Assembly (NCBI GenBank): GCA_965240325.2 | Contig: OZ251224.1 | Span: 620,001-684,000 of the forward strand | Length of the DNA stretch: 64,000 nucleotides | Reading direction: 5' to 3' | Origin: Rebecca billardiae RCC1528 | Taxonomy: Eukaryota; Protista; Haptophyta | Part shown: positions 43,206 to 55,500 of the stretch, piece by piece | Position numbering within the stretch: position 1 is the stretch's first letter | Layout of the letters: each line of letters opens with the position of its first letter | The notes under the pieces: model-generated | Seen by the model: the letters and a program-made list of their open reading frames with translations, nothing else | Told to the model about the DNA's origin: nothing | Database searches by the model: none | Made by a program: the position numbers and the translations under genes

Positions 43206-45872
43206 CGCCGCGCCCGCCGCATCCGCGCCGCCGGCCGCGCCGGGCACAATCGCGCGGAGCACGCCCGCGCACTGCGTGCTGAGCGCGAGGACGAGCTTGT
43301 CCAGCCGCTCGCGCAGCGCGTGCGCGAGCGCGGCGTGCGCGAGCAGCCGCAGCCCCGTCAGCGCGAGCTCGATCGACGACGGCTCCGCCGCCGCGTCCAG
43401 CGCGACCGAAAGCGCAGCGAGCGCGCGGTTGTACGCCAGCAGCAGCATGTCCCGCGCGTGCTCGCGCGTGTGCGCCTCGTCGCACGCGTCGTCGGACGGC
43501 GCGGCGGCGGCGGCGCGCGCGGCGGCGGGCGCGCCGTCGGTGGGGCCCGGGCCGGCGTCCGCGTCCGCCTCGCGCTCGCAGCTCGCGCGGCGCGAGCCGC
43601 CGCCCACCTCCGCCGCGGCCGCGCCCCCGCCGGCGCCGGCGCCGCCCCCGCTCGCCGCGGCCGCGCCGCTCGCGGGCGTAAGCTTGATCTCGCGGTCCCG
43701 GATCGACGCGTACAGCGCGCGGAGGAAGTCGGCGTCGAAGTCGGCGCCCGCGTTGATCCCGCGGTTGGCGCGCACGAAGTCCGCCTCGCTCATCTTCTTC
43801 TTCACCGCCGGGTTGTGCAGGTCGGTCTGCAGCATGATGGTCGAGTAGCTCAGCACGTACGCTGCGTCTGCGTCGGCAAACTGAGACGCGTCCGCGCCCA
43901 TGGCCACGTGCTGCGCGGCAAAGGCCTCGAGGATGCGCGAGATCTTCTGCGCCTCGCCGGGGAGTCGGAAGAGGGCGAGCAGCGCGCGCAGGCCCTCCTC
44001 CAGCCGCAGCCCGCCCAGCCCCGCGCCCTTCACGTACGCGCGCAGCACCGCGCCCACCGCCTCGCCCGGCTCGCCCAAGTAGTCGCCGACCGCGCCTTTG
44101 CTCAGGTGCGGCGCCGACAGGAGGAACGCCGCGATGCGCTCGGGCTCGGAGGGGTCGGAGGGGTCGAGGAGGCCGCGCGCGCGGAGCAGCGCGAGGCCCT
44201 TCGACGGCTTCGTGTTGAAGTGGTCCGCCGCGAGCGCGAGCGTGCGCTTCAGCTCGCGCCGCTGCCGCACCGCGTCCGCGCCGCCGCGCGCGCCGCCGTC
44301 CGCCGATGCCCCGAGCGCGCTGAGCGTGCGCGCCGTCTGCCGGTCGTCCGCGTCGTCGTCGTCCGAGTGCGCCGCGGCGCCGTCCTCGCCGACGAGCGAG
44401 CCGGCGCGGCGGATGGCGATGGCCGAGGCGGGCGAGCCCCGCGCCGCGTCGCCCAGCCCGCCGCCGCCCTCCCCCTCGCTGTCGTCGCCGTCGAGGCCGG
44501 CGAGCGCGCCCGCGTCCGCGCCCGCGCCCGCGCCCGCGCCCGCCGCGTCCGCGCCCGCGCCCGCGCCGCCGCCGGCGAGCGCGGCGAGCAGGCTGACGAG
44601 CGCGCGCAGCGCGAGCATGCTCGGCGCGGCGAGCGCGCCGCCGTCCGCGCGCGGCATCGCCTGCACGCACAGGCTCGCCACCGTCTGCTCGAGCAGGTTG
44701 GCGCCGTGCAGCGCGCAGTCAAACGAAACGTACAGGAAGCCTGCGATGCCCGGCAGCTGCAGCCACGCGCCCGCCGCCTCGAGGAGCAGCTCCTGCCGCT
44801 CGGGCGGCGGCTCGTGCTCGAGCAGCACGGAGGCCCAGAACTCGCCCACGCCGCCCACCGCGCGCGAGCGCAGCGTCGCCACGACGCACGCCATCAGCCG
44901 CAGCGCCTGCGCGAGCGCGCTCAGCTCGCGGCTCCGGCCGAGCAGCAGCGCCGCAGAGCAGACGGGGCCGCGCACCGCCTCGACCAGGGCGCCGTGCGTG
45001 CCGAGGGCGCGGCCCGAGCTGCGCAGCGCGACGAGCATCGCCTCGAGCGCGAGTGGACTGCGCGGACCGCGGCGCGCGCGCGCGCGCGCAGAGAGGAGGC
45101 GCGGCCGTGAGCCGCGCAGCGCCGCCGCGAAAACGCAGTGCTCGCCTCCGCGAGGGCCGCACGCGCGCGCGCGCGCGCGCGCGCACTGCGGTGCTCGCTC
45201 CGCAAAGTGGTGGAGCAGCTCGGCGAGGACGTCCACGACGGGTGCCGGAGGCGCGGGCCGCGCACGCACGCGCGCAAACGCCGAGGCCGTGAGCTGCGTG
45301 AGCGCGGCCTCGGCGCCGATGCGACACTGCGTGCTTGCACGCTCCGCGCACGCAGCGCCGAGGGCCGCGCGGATGCAGCCGTCAAGCGAGCTCGCTGAGA
45401 GGCGGCTGCTCGGCAGCAGGATCAGCAGGGACAGCAGCCGCTGTGCCAACGGCTCGAGCACCTCCGGCGTGCCGAGCGCGCCGCCGCCGCCAAGCTCGGC
45501 GCGCGACAGCCGGCCGACCACGGCGTCCGCGACCTCACAGCAGGCGTCGCTGGCGTGGTCCAGGCGCCCGGCGAGAAGGCCGAGGCCGATGAGGTTGGAG
45601 AGCGCAGCTGCTGCGGCGTGGAGCACCGGCGCGTGCGCGTGAGGCGACGAGAGCACGCTGATGAAGGGCGAAGCTACCTCTCGCGCATCGCTCGGCAGCT
45701 GCGCGCGCGCGCTCAGCTCGCGCAGCGCGCGCACGAGAGGCTGCTCGAGCTCGGGCGGCAGCTCGCGCTCGAAACGGAGCTGTGGCATCCATCGACCCGT
45801 GGTGAGCCGCATGGCCGACAGCACCGTTGCCGCCTCGGCCCGCACGACGTCGACCTCCACGTCAGCGTCCAT
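41145..45872 (-). CDS. Large Sec7-domain Arf-GEF, GBF1/GNOM type; predicted intron 45058-45186
   Basis: FRLPGEAQKISRILEAFA, YSTIMLQTDLHNP, RGINAGADF and LYVSFDC; N-terminal EAATVLSAMR...RW. Confidence 0.88.
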
Positions 45873-45953
45873 CTTCAACGCGGCGGTGTCCACCAAGGCC
45901 GGACGTGCCAGGACAACTCGACGCACCGCGGAGTCCGGGCGGGCGTGCCGCCC

Positions 45954-47057
45954 ATGGCGTTGCCGGCGAAGGCGCTCGCGGTGCTCTGTGGGGTGGCCGC
46001 GTGTGCCGCGCTCGCCGCGTGGGTGCGCTCGCCGCGCACGCTCATCAGGCGCGTCTCGCACCGCCTCCCAGGGCCAGTGCCATGCACGTGGGCTCCCGCA
46101 ACCGCCCGCCTCGCCACGCACCGAGCCGAGTCGTCCGCGCGCACCGGCGCCACGCGGCTGTGCGAGCTGCGCGATGACGGCGAGCTCGTGTTCGCGTGCG
46201 CGGGCGGTGGCGAGCTCGTGGACGCGTCGCTGCTCGACGATGGCATATGCGACTGCGCCGACGGCAGCGACGAGGCGCTGCCTTGCGCCGCGGCCGCCAG
46301 GCCGCTCGTCGCCACAGCGGCGTACACGCCTGCCGCTCCGCCGCCGGCGGACGCGTGCGCCGCGCGCGCAGCCCTCGTGGCCACGGCGCAGCAAAGGCTG
46401 GCCGAGATGACGCGCGACGCCGCCTCCCTGGAACACGAAGCCGAGGCCGCCGGCGCGGCCGCCGGCGCGAGCGCCGATGACCCGATGGCGCAGCAGCGCG
46501 CCGGCCACGCGTCGCGGCAGGCTGCGCAGCGCGCGGGGCAGCTCAGGCGCATGCTGGCCATGGACTATGGCGCCGAGGACGCGTACCTCGCGCTCGGCGG
46601 TGAGTGCGTGCGGCTCAAGGGGTGCACCGGGCCGTGCTCCTCGCACAACGCCGACGTGCGCGTGCACGAGCTCTGCTTCTTCGCGCACGCCTCGCAGAGC
46701 GGCAGCGGCGGCGGGCGGCGCACGCACCTCGGCTCCTTTGCCGGCTGGGCGAGTGTGCACGCGCCGACGCGCGTCTCGCCGCTCGCGCCGCCCGGAGTGG
46801 CGCGGCAGGCGCAGGTGTACGCGCACGGCGAGCCATGCTGGCAAGGGCCGGAGCGATCGGCGCTCGTCGAGTTCGCGTGCGCCAACCAGACCCGGCTCGC
46901 GGCGGTGGACGAGGACGGCAAGTGCACCTACGCACTGCTCGTCGAGACACCGGCCGCGTGCGCGCCCTGCGCTCCGGCCGCGCCACCCGCCGAGCGGGAA
47001 AACGCCGGACGAGATTCTGCCGGTGCGCAGCCGAGCAGTCCAGCGCCGAGAGCGTGA
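45954..47057 (+). CDS. Glucosidase II beta subunit-like (PRKCSH) protein
   Basis: Signal/anchor; LDDGICDCADGSDE; DYGAEDAYLAL; MRH domain GEPCWQGPERS..FAC...DEDGKCTY...TPAAC. Confidence 0.85.
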   Translation: MALPAKALAVLCGVAACAALAAWVRSPRTLIRRVSHRLPGPVPCTWAPATARLATHRAESSARTGATRLCELRDDGELVFACAGGGELVDASLLDDGICDCADGSDEALPCAAAARPLVATAAYTPAAPPPADACAARAALVATAQQRLAEMTRDAASLEHEAEAAGAAAGASADDPMAQQRAGHASRQAAQRAGQLRRMLAMDYGAEDAYLALGGECVRLKGCTGPCSSHNADVRVHELCFFAHASQSGSGGGRRTHLGSFAGWASVHAPTRVSPLAPPGVARQAQVYAHGEPCWQGPERSALVEFACANQTRLAAVDEDGKCTYALLVETPAACAPCAPAAPPAERENAGRDSAGAQPSSPAPRA

Positions 47058-47768
47058 GGTGCATGCTGCGAGGCGGGGCGCCTACCCTTCGAGCCCGTGC
47101 TGTGCTGTGCAGCCGCGCGATGACCAGCTTGCTCTGGCTCAGTGACCGCCAGCCAGCGGTGTGCTGTCAGACCGCCTGGCTGAGACGCGGCGTGGCCGCA
47201 CTCGCGGCGCGAGGCGCGCGTGAGTGCGCGTGAGCTCGCACTTGTGCTGCCCGAGCCAGCCGACCATCGGGTGGGTGGTCGCGAGCGAGAGGCGTGAATG
47301 CATCGCGCGCATGGCGTGTGCTGCCGTGGGGTAGCGTCGTCAGCCCGCCGTCGATTGTCGTTACGCTCCGCTTCGTCGGGAGGCGCCCAAATTTTGAACA
47401 GTCGCGGCGGCGGACGGATGACGAAGTCGGGTCGCTTGATGACGCGAGTTCTCGGGCCCCCGAGACTTGGGTGTTTTCGGGGTGCGCCGCTTTCGTCCGA
47501 AGGCTTTCGGATGCGCCGGCCCCGAAGCGGCGGACGGCCGACCGACCGATCTGATGCGGCGCTCGCTGACTCCTTTCTACTGCGCGCGGTATAAATAGCG
47601 CCGTTGGAACGGCGGTGTGGAGTGCACGGTCATGAGTCAGCCTCGCACCTGAGGTGCTGCCTGCCTGAAGGGGGCAACGCGCGCAACGCGCCGACTGCCG
47701 CAGCGCGGTCGCGATGGCCCGGGGCAAGCAAGTTCGCGGCCTGACCCACCAGCTCTCCGCGTGCCGGC

Positions 47769-48840
47769 CTACTTCTTGGGAGATCCCTTCGCCTTCTTCG
47801 CCGCCGGCTTCTTCGCAATCGCCTTCTTCGGCTTGGCCGCCGGCTTCTTTGCCGCCTGTGAGCGGTGCATGCATGCCGCCGGCGTGCGCGTGGCGAGTGA
47901 GCGGTGTGCGCGCGCCCGCGAGGCCGCGCGAACAGCGAGGGCGCGGCGGGCGCACCGTCTTCTTCGCCGCGGGCTTGGCCGTCTTCTTCGCCGCGGGCTT
48001 CTTCTGCGCGGTGGTGTGCGCCGTTGGGGCCGGCGCGCGCGCGTAAGAGCACAGCGCATGCCGCGGTGCCGCGCAGCAAGTCCCCGCGCGCACGCGCGCC
48101 CGTGCGCGTCGTTTGAATGCGCAGTGCCGCCCGCGGACGCGCGCACGGCACGCGCGCACGGCGAGCGCGGCGCGAGTGCACGCATGCATGCGCGCGGCGC
48201 ACCGTGGCCGGCTTCTTCTTCGTCGCGGGCTTCTTCTTCGTCGCGGGCTTCTTCTCGCCCTCGCCGCCCTCGGCGCCCTCGGCCGCCTTCTTGGGCGCGC
48301 GCTTGGTCTTCTTCTTCTTCGTGGCCGTCTTCTTCTTCGCCGGCTTGGCCTTCTTGGGCGGCTTCTTCGCCTCGGCGGAGACCTTGTACGAGGCCTTCAC
48401 CTTGATGAACGTGCCCTTCGACACGGCGAACTTGAGCGCCTGCTTGAGGGCCGCGTCGTTGTTCGCCGCGGGGTAGTGCTCGTGCAGCCACTTCTTGATG
48501 GCCGGGAGCGACGAGCCGTTTCGCTCCTTGAGCGCGAGGATGGCCTGCGTCGAGGCGCGCGGGGAGGCGCGGGTGGGTGCGGGAGCGCGTGTGAGGTCGT
48601 GCGGACGCGCGCCGCGCGCGGTTGCACCGCCGCGGAGCCGGGGGTCGCGGGCCGACGGCGGCGGGGCGGCGGGCGCGAGGCGGGCAACCGACGCCGCGCG
48701 TCGCGCCGCGCGCGCGCGTGCGCACGGTGGCGGCGCGGCGGCGGGCGGGCGGGGAGTCGCGAGCGCGTGCGCACCTCCTTGGCCATCTCGCCGTACTTCG
48801 GGCCCGTGGGCTTCGCGGTCGCTGCTGCCTTCGGCGCCAT
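47769..48840 (-). CDS. Linker histone H1; predicted introns 48545-48774, 48004-48202, 47856-47955
   Basis: PKYGEMAKE|AILALKERNGSSLPAIKKW...KVKASYKV globular domain followed by a K/A/P-rich tail. Confidence 0.93.
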
Positions 48841-49307
48841 CTGCGGTGTGTTCAAGTTGAAAGTGTGGTCGAAGTGCGCACTGGCCTCTTGAGGTTGGGA
48901 TGGGCCGGGCGGCAAGGACGATCGTTGTTGAAGGCCGGGAGGTCACCCACCGGCTTCCTTCACAAACCAGAATGGCCGTCTTGGGCCAATCAGGAGCCAG
49001 ATCGGCCCATTTTTGAAGGACATCGCAGGACTTTTCCCGGAGAAGTCCTGTTGTCGTGTCGGACGGCGTCCGGCGCTCCGGTCGCACCCTTTCCGGACTC
49101 TCGTGGTGGCTCAAGCGCATCGCCAGCGAGCGCCCGCCGATCGGGGCCGCACTCCGCTGCTGGTCGCCAGTGCGCACAGCCTCGCGTCGGTGGGACTCGC
49201 GAGGCCGAGCCGCGGGTCAACGGCGCGCGCGCGGCCGCGGCGTCGCGTGTGGCTCGCGCGGCGCGCTCGTCGGGGCGCGCGGAGGGCGCGGCCCCGCGTT
49301 CGGCGCG

Positions 49308-51927
49308 ATGTGGCTGCCGCCCCCGGCAGCGATCCTCAATGCGGGCAAGTGGCTGCTGCTCCTCGTCGCCAACCCGAACTGGATGCTCTTCTTCAAGAAG
49401 CTCGGGCTGCGCGTCGAGAACCGCGTGCTCATGGTCGACGTCGAGGTGTACAAGAAGAGCACGCTGATGCGCCGCCCACCGGGCCTCGCGCCGCTGCCCA
49501 AGCCCGTGCCGCCCGCCCCGCCCCTCGACCTGGGCGCCGTGCTCAAGCCGATTGCGTATGGCGGGCTCCTCGTCGGCGCGACCGCCGGCGCGATCAAGCA
49601 CCGGGACGCGGTGCCTCAGCTGGTGAGCAAGCTGCCGCGGCCGACGGCGGATACGCTCCCGCGGCTGATCAGCAAGCTGCCGAAGCCGCCCAAGCTGCCC
49701 GCGCCGAAGCCGCGGCCGCCGCCGGTCGTCGCCGCGCCGCCGCCGCCGCCGCCGCCCTCGCCGCCGCCGGTCGTGGCCAAGCCCGCGCCGACATCGGTGC
49801 CGAAGCCGCCGGTCGCGCGCAAGCCCGCCCTCTCCTCCGCCGCCGTCGCCGCGTCCGCCGTCCCGTCGGTGAGCAAGCCGGCCAAGTCGGCCGCGCAGGC
49901 GGTGGCGCGCAAGGCGGCACCGCGCGCCGCGCCGGTGATGGGCGCCGCCGCCACGGCGCTCGCTAGCAAGCCGGCGCCAAAGCCGGCGGCGCCGAAGCCG
50001 TCCGCCGTCCCCGTGCCGTCGACGTCGGTGCCCGCCGCCGTCGCCGCCGCCGCGCCGCTCGCCACCCGCCCGCGCGCGCGCTCCAGCCCGCCCCGCCTGC
50101 CGCAGCTCGACCGCACCTCGATCCGCTCGCTGTACGGCTACCTGAGCATGCTCGCGCTCTCGATCGGGCTGATGAAGCCGCTGTGGGAGCACGTGGGCGG
50201 GCCGGAGCTGCTCGACGGCGCGTCGGATCCGCAGCTCGCCACGCTGCCGCTCATGCTCGGCTCGGTGCTCGCCGGCTCCTTGAGCGACCGGTGCGCGCTC
50301 GCGCGCGCGCGCGGCTCAGCACGACGGCGCGGCGCGGCGCGGCGCGGCGCGCACGAGCGCGCGCCGCGCGCGCGCGCGCGCGCGCGTCCGCCCGCCGTGC
50401 GCCGCCGCCGTCGGCGCTGTCCCACTCGGCTCGGCCGGCGCTCACCCGCGCGCCGCCCCCTGCGCGCGGCTTCCGCGCCGCCCCCTCCGCCGCGCCGCGC
50501 GCGTGCGCGCAGCTACGGCCGCGCGGTCGTGCTGCGCGTGCTCGCGCTCGGCTCGCTCGCCACCCTCGGCGCGTCCGCGGCGACGCTCGCGCACGGCGCG
50601 GCGCGGTGCGCGCGGCTGGTCGAAGGGTACGCGATGCTGGCGCTGCCGGTGGTGCAGGCGGCGGTGGCGGACCGGACGGGGCGGCTGCTCGACCGCGGCG
50701 TGCTCTTCGGCCTGCTCACGGCCAGCTCGGCGCTGTGCATGATCGGCGGCTCGGCCGCGTCGATCGCTCTGCTCAACGCAGCGACCGCGGCCGTGGACGC
50801 GGACGGCGCCGCGCCCGCCGTCGCGCCCTCGCTCGTCAAGGGGCTGGCGAGCGCGGCGGCGGTGGCGTCGACGGGCGCGCTCGCGTGCACGTGGTGGCTC
50901 AAGCCGCCCGCCACGTCCGTCGCCGAGGGCGCGAGCCTCTCCGCGCTAGACGCCGCCGAGTCCGCGGCCGCGCGCGCCGTGGGCGGCGCGGCGGGCGCGG
51001 AGGCGGGCGGCTTTGGCGGCGCGCAGCACAACTACGCGCTGCAGACGGCCGCGTCCGTGGCGGCGGGCCGCGCGCCGCGCCGCGCCGCGCTGCTGAGCGG
51101 GCCGGGGTGGCTCTTCCGCGGGCGCGCGCGCGCGATCACGCCGCTCTCGCCCTCGACGCTCGCGGCGGGCCTGCTCGTCCTCACCACCGTCTCCAACCCC
51201 GGCACTTTCTTCGACGTGTGGGAGGGCGTGTACAATTGGCACAAGCTGGGCGGGGAGAGTCTGCTCGGGCTGGCGGGGGCGTCGCTCGTGCTCGTGTGCG
51301 TGCAGTCGGGGCTGCTGCGCCCGCTGGCGCGCGCGGCGGGCGGGACGCACCGGCTGCTCTGCGCGGCGCACGTCGCGATGGCGCTCACCTTCTCCGCGCT
51401 GATGAACGTCGACGGCAGCTCGGTCCTCTCCTACCCGATGCTCGGCGCGTTCTTCTCCGCACACTCGCTGGTGGACTCGCTCACGGCCACGCTCGTGTCG
51501 GCGTACACCGCGCCCAGCCGGCAGGTGCGCGCGGGGCGGGGCGCGCGCGCGGGTGCCGGAGGGGGGCTCGGCCGCACGCTCTCACGCGCGCGCGCGCGCG
51601 CGTCGCCCGTCCTTCCCTCACGCTCGCCGCGCTCGCAGGGCCTGGCGATGAGCCTGAACCACGCAGCGCACCTCGTGCTGCTGCCGCCGACGATGAGCAC
51701 GCTCGTCATGTGCGCAGCGCGCCGCGTGTGCGGCACGCGGCGCGGGCGTGCCGCGCCGCGCCGGCCGCCGCGCCGGCGCTCACCCCGACCCCGCCCCTGC
51801 CCCCGACCCCGCCCGGCGGCGCAGGCCGTTCATCAACTGCATCGTGCCGATGCTGCTCTTCCCGCCTGCGCTGCGCCAGGTGCGCTCCGCGGTCGGCGAG
51901 CTCGCCGCGGCCATCGCCGAGGGCTGA
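49308..51927 (+). CDS. MFS-type transporter with long Pro/Lys-rich N-terminal extension; predicted introns 50291-50512, 51525-51638, 51710-51824
   Basis: Spliced motif A GSLSDRYGR; QAAVADRT; many TM helices; PSRQ|GLAMSL. Confidence 0.75.
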
Positions 51928-52590
51928 GCACGCGCGCACGGCGCATCAGCGCCGTCGATGGGCAGGCGCGCGCGTGCTCGAGCGCCGACGAGCCGACGGT
52001 GCGCGGCTCGCTCCGCTGGATGCTGTGGGCGAAGATGGCGGCCTCGCCGATGGTGGGCAGTCCACTTCGGCCGTCGGACTGCCGACCGGCGGCCCGGGCA
52101 CGATGACGAGGCGGCCCGGGGCGGTGACCGCTGGCGGCGCTGACGGATGCGGATGCCACTTGCTGCCAGCATCTAGCTATTGTACTGTCATGCGTGTACC
52201 CGCCTCATAAGGAAGTCCTTGGTTGATGATGGTTCCCCGGGGGCGGCTGCCGCCTGCGCAACTACGGTGTGAGCTACTGAAGGTCGAATTGGTTCCACCG
52301 TCCACGCCGTGAAAGTGACGATTCTGGGCTTGACAAAGACTTTTCCGGGTTGATGATGATGATGGTGATGGAATGATGGCGGCCCTCTTTTCTGTTTTCG
52401 GTAACCGAACGCAACAACAACCGGGCCCGCGCTCGCAAATGATGCAGCTGACCGCACGAGACCGAGGCCGGCCCCGATCTGCCTCATCGCGCTCGGACGC
52501 GAGTCCCGCGGCCCCGAGCGACGACACCCGAGACCGCTCCACTCCGTCGGAGCGCCCCCCGACGGCTGGGCGGAGGAGCGCCGTGGCGCG

Positions 52591-55500
52591 ATGGGCGTGC
52601 ACGGCTTGTCAGCTGTGCTCATCCTCGGCGCCGTCTCGTACTCGAGCACGTGGACAGGCATCTTCCGCGACATCGACAAGCAGTGGCACGGCGGCCGCGT
52701 CCGCACGCGCCAACCGCACGCGGAGCAAGCAGAGACACCAAGCGCGCCGGAGGAGGACGCGCCGGTGAGCCCGGCCATCCAAGAGCACAGCAAGCTCTGG
52801 CGCCCGCGCGCCGACCTCACCGACGCCGCCCTCGTGATCGCGGTGCAGCAGCGCATCCTCGAGAAGGCGCTCATCCTCGCGACCGTGCAGCTCACCGCGC
52901 CGTCGCGCGGCGGCGGCGTGGGCGTGGGCGCGGGCACGATGGTGAACGCGACGCCAGCCGACCTGGTCGTCGCGACGGGCGCGTACGAGCGCGACGCCGC
53001 GGACCTCGCCATGCCAGGCGTGTGGCAAGCTTCGGTCTCCGCGCGCTCGGCATTGCCGCCGATAGGCGCCGGCATGCGCGCACCCGCCGTCGGAGCACCG
53101 CCACTGGAGCCGCTCCTCAGCGAAGGGTTCCTGCCTGGCGTGGCGAACGAGCTCATCGAGCACATTCCGGACACCCCCGACGCGCCGCTGGAGGCGCACA
53201 ACGCCACTGACCCCGCGCAGAGCGGCGTCGCCGGCCGCGAGCCGCAGCCTCGTGCTGAGGCGCGCCCGTCAGCGGCAGCGGCAGAGGCGCCATCGGCCCC
53301 GCCAGTGCCCGAGGCCGACTCCACGGACGGGTTGTCGGCGCACGACGCCATCGCTCACGGCGACTCGTCCCTCGCGCGCACGCAGCCGATCGAGATCGAC
53401 GGCACGGCGCTGCGCGCCGCCGCCTCGCTGCGCGCCACCGCCGCCGCGGAGCGCGAGCAGCGGGGCGAGCGCGAGGGCCTGGTGTGGGCGCTTGTGGCGA
53501 TGCTGGCCTGCACGGTCGTCTCGGTCATGCTGCTCGCCATCGCCGTGCTCGGCCTCGCCACCGTGCTGCTCGTCGAGTTCTCGGGCGCGGAGAAGCCGCG
53601 CCAGCTGCTGCGTGCCTTCATGCGCCGTGTCTCATTCGGCGCCTCGGAGACGCCGGTGCCGATGCCCGTGACCCCGGTGAGTCCGGTGTCCGGGCAGCCT
53701 GGCGCGTACGGGCCATCGCTCGACGCGAGGCTCATGAGCTTCCCACGCTCGCCACCGCCGGGCGGCTTCCCGGCCACGCCGCCGGCTGGCTTCCCGGCCG
53801 CGACGACAGCCGACGCGTCTGTGAGCTGCGCGTCGCCCACCGCCGACGCATCGGTAGGCGGCATGGCCACGCCCACGGCGGACGCGTCTGTGAGCTGCTC
53901 CACCGCCGCGCCCACCGCCGACGCATCGGTAGGCGGCATGGCCACGCCCACGGCGGACGCGTCTGTGAGCTGCTCCACCGCCGCGCCCACCGCCGACGCG
54001 TCTGTTGGCGGCGTGGCCGCGCCCACGGCGGACGCGTCTGTGAGCTGCTCGGCCGCGCCCACCGCCGACGCGTCCATCAGCTGCGCGGCGCAGACGGCCG
54101 AGATGTCCGTCGGCGGCAACGCGGCGACGACGGCGGACGTGAGCGTGAGCTGCGCTGCGCCGACCGCGGATGCAGGCGTGGGCGGCGCCAGCGCGCCGAT
54201 GGTCGACGCCTCCGTGGGCAGCCAGGCCAAGCGCACGTCGGACGCGGGCGTCGGCGGTGTCGCCACGCTCACTGCGGACGCTTCTGTCGGCAGCGCGCCC
54301 ACGCGCACGTCCGATGCTCACGTCGGCGGCAGCGCGACGACGACGGCGGATGCGTCCGTGAGCTGCGGCGCGACGACGGCGGATGCTGCCGTCGGCGGCG
54401 TCGCGACGAGCACGGCGGACGCGTCGGTGGGTGGCCTGCGCGCGCGCACGGCGGACGCCTCCGTCGGCTCCGAGGGCGCGCTCACCGCGGACGCATCGGC
54501 GGGCTGCAGCGCGCCGCGCACCTCCGACGCTGCGGTCGGCGGCACGGCCGCGCCGTCCACGGCCGACGCGTGCGTGGGCACGCGCTCCGAGGTCGACCCC
54601 GAGGAGTCGCCGCTCTTCAGCGACCCGTACGCGCAGCCCGGCGGTCTGGAGCACGCCGGGCTCGAGGACTTCTCCTCGTTCGAGCGGCCGATGGCCATCC
54701 ACTCGCGGTACACGGGCTCGGGCAGCCTGACGATGAGCGAGGACGAGGAGCCCGCGATCAACACGCCCACGCCGCGCTGGAGCGTCGGCGGCAGCCGGCG
54801 CATGAGCCTCGAGGAGCTCGCCCCGCAGCTCGCCAGCCTGCGCGGCCGGCTGCGCGAGCAGCTGGCGGAGCACCAGCAGCGGCTGGGCACCCCCGAGCCG
54901 TCCGCGCGCCGCTACTCCTTCATGGACCAGCTCGACGACGACGCGCTGCGCGCCGGCTGGGGCTGCGCGGGCGCGCCCGCCAGCGCGAGCGGCAGCGGCA
55001 AGCGCGCCGCCGCGCACGAGCCGGACGAGTCATCCTTCTCCTCCACGATGCCCTCCGGCCTGCGCGTGGAGGTGAACGAGCTGGTGCAGGTGTGCCGCGG
55101 GCTCGAGGCGGCCGCAAAGATCCGCACGGCAGAGATCCGCTCCAAGGTGCGCGCCGGCTGCGCGCGCCGCGCCACGCGCGCCTGGCTGCCGGCTCGGCTG
55201 CGCCGCCCCGCCGCAGCGCGCCGCGCCACGCGACTGACTGACCGCCGCCGCCGCGCGCCGCGTCGTGCTGCGCGCGCGCCGCAGGCTGCAAAGATCAAGC
55301 GGCTCGAGGCTGAGCTCGCGCGCGCGCAGGGCCGCGACCCGAACGCGCCGCACCACGCGGACGACGAGGGCAGCGCCGGGCCGAGCCCGAAAGCACCGAT
55401 GCGGCAGTGGGGCGCGTGGGCGGCGGCGGGCAGCCCGGCGGCGGCGGCGGCCAAGTTGCCTCGCTCGTCGAGCTCGCCAAGCTTTGACAAGCCGCCCGCC

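Noticed and set aside
45873-46844. N-terminal 324 codons of the 1899-aa Sec7 ORF
   Set aside because: This is the antisense of the glucosidase II beta-like gene; GBF1-like sequence starts at ATG 45872.
53803-54582. CRISPR-like array
   Set aside because: It is an in-frame coding minisatellite with degenerate units, no unique spacers and no cas genes, in a eukaryote.
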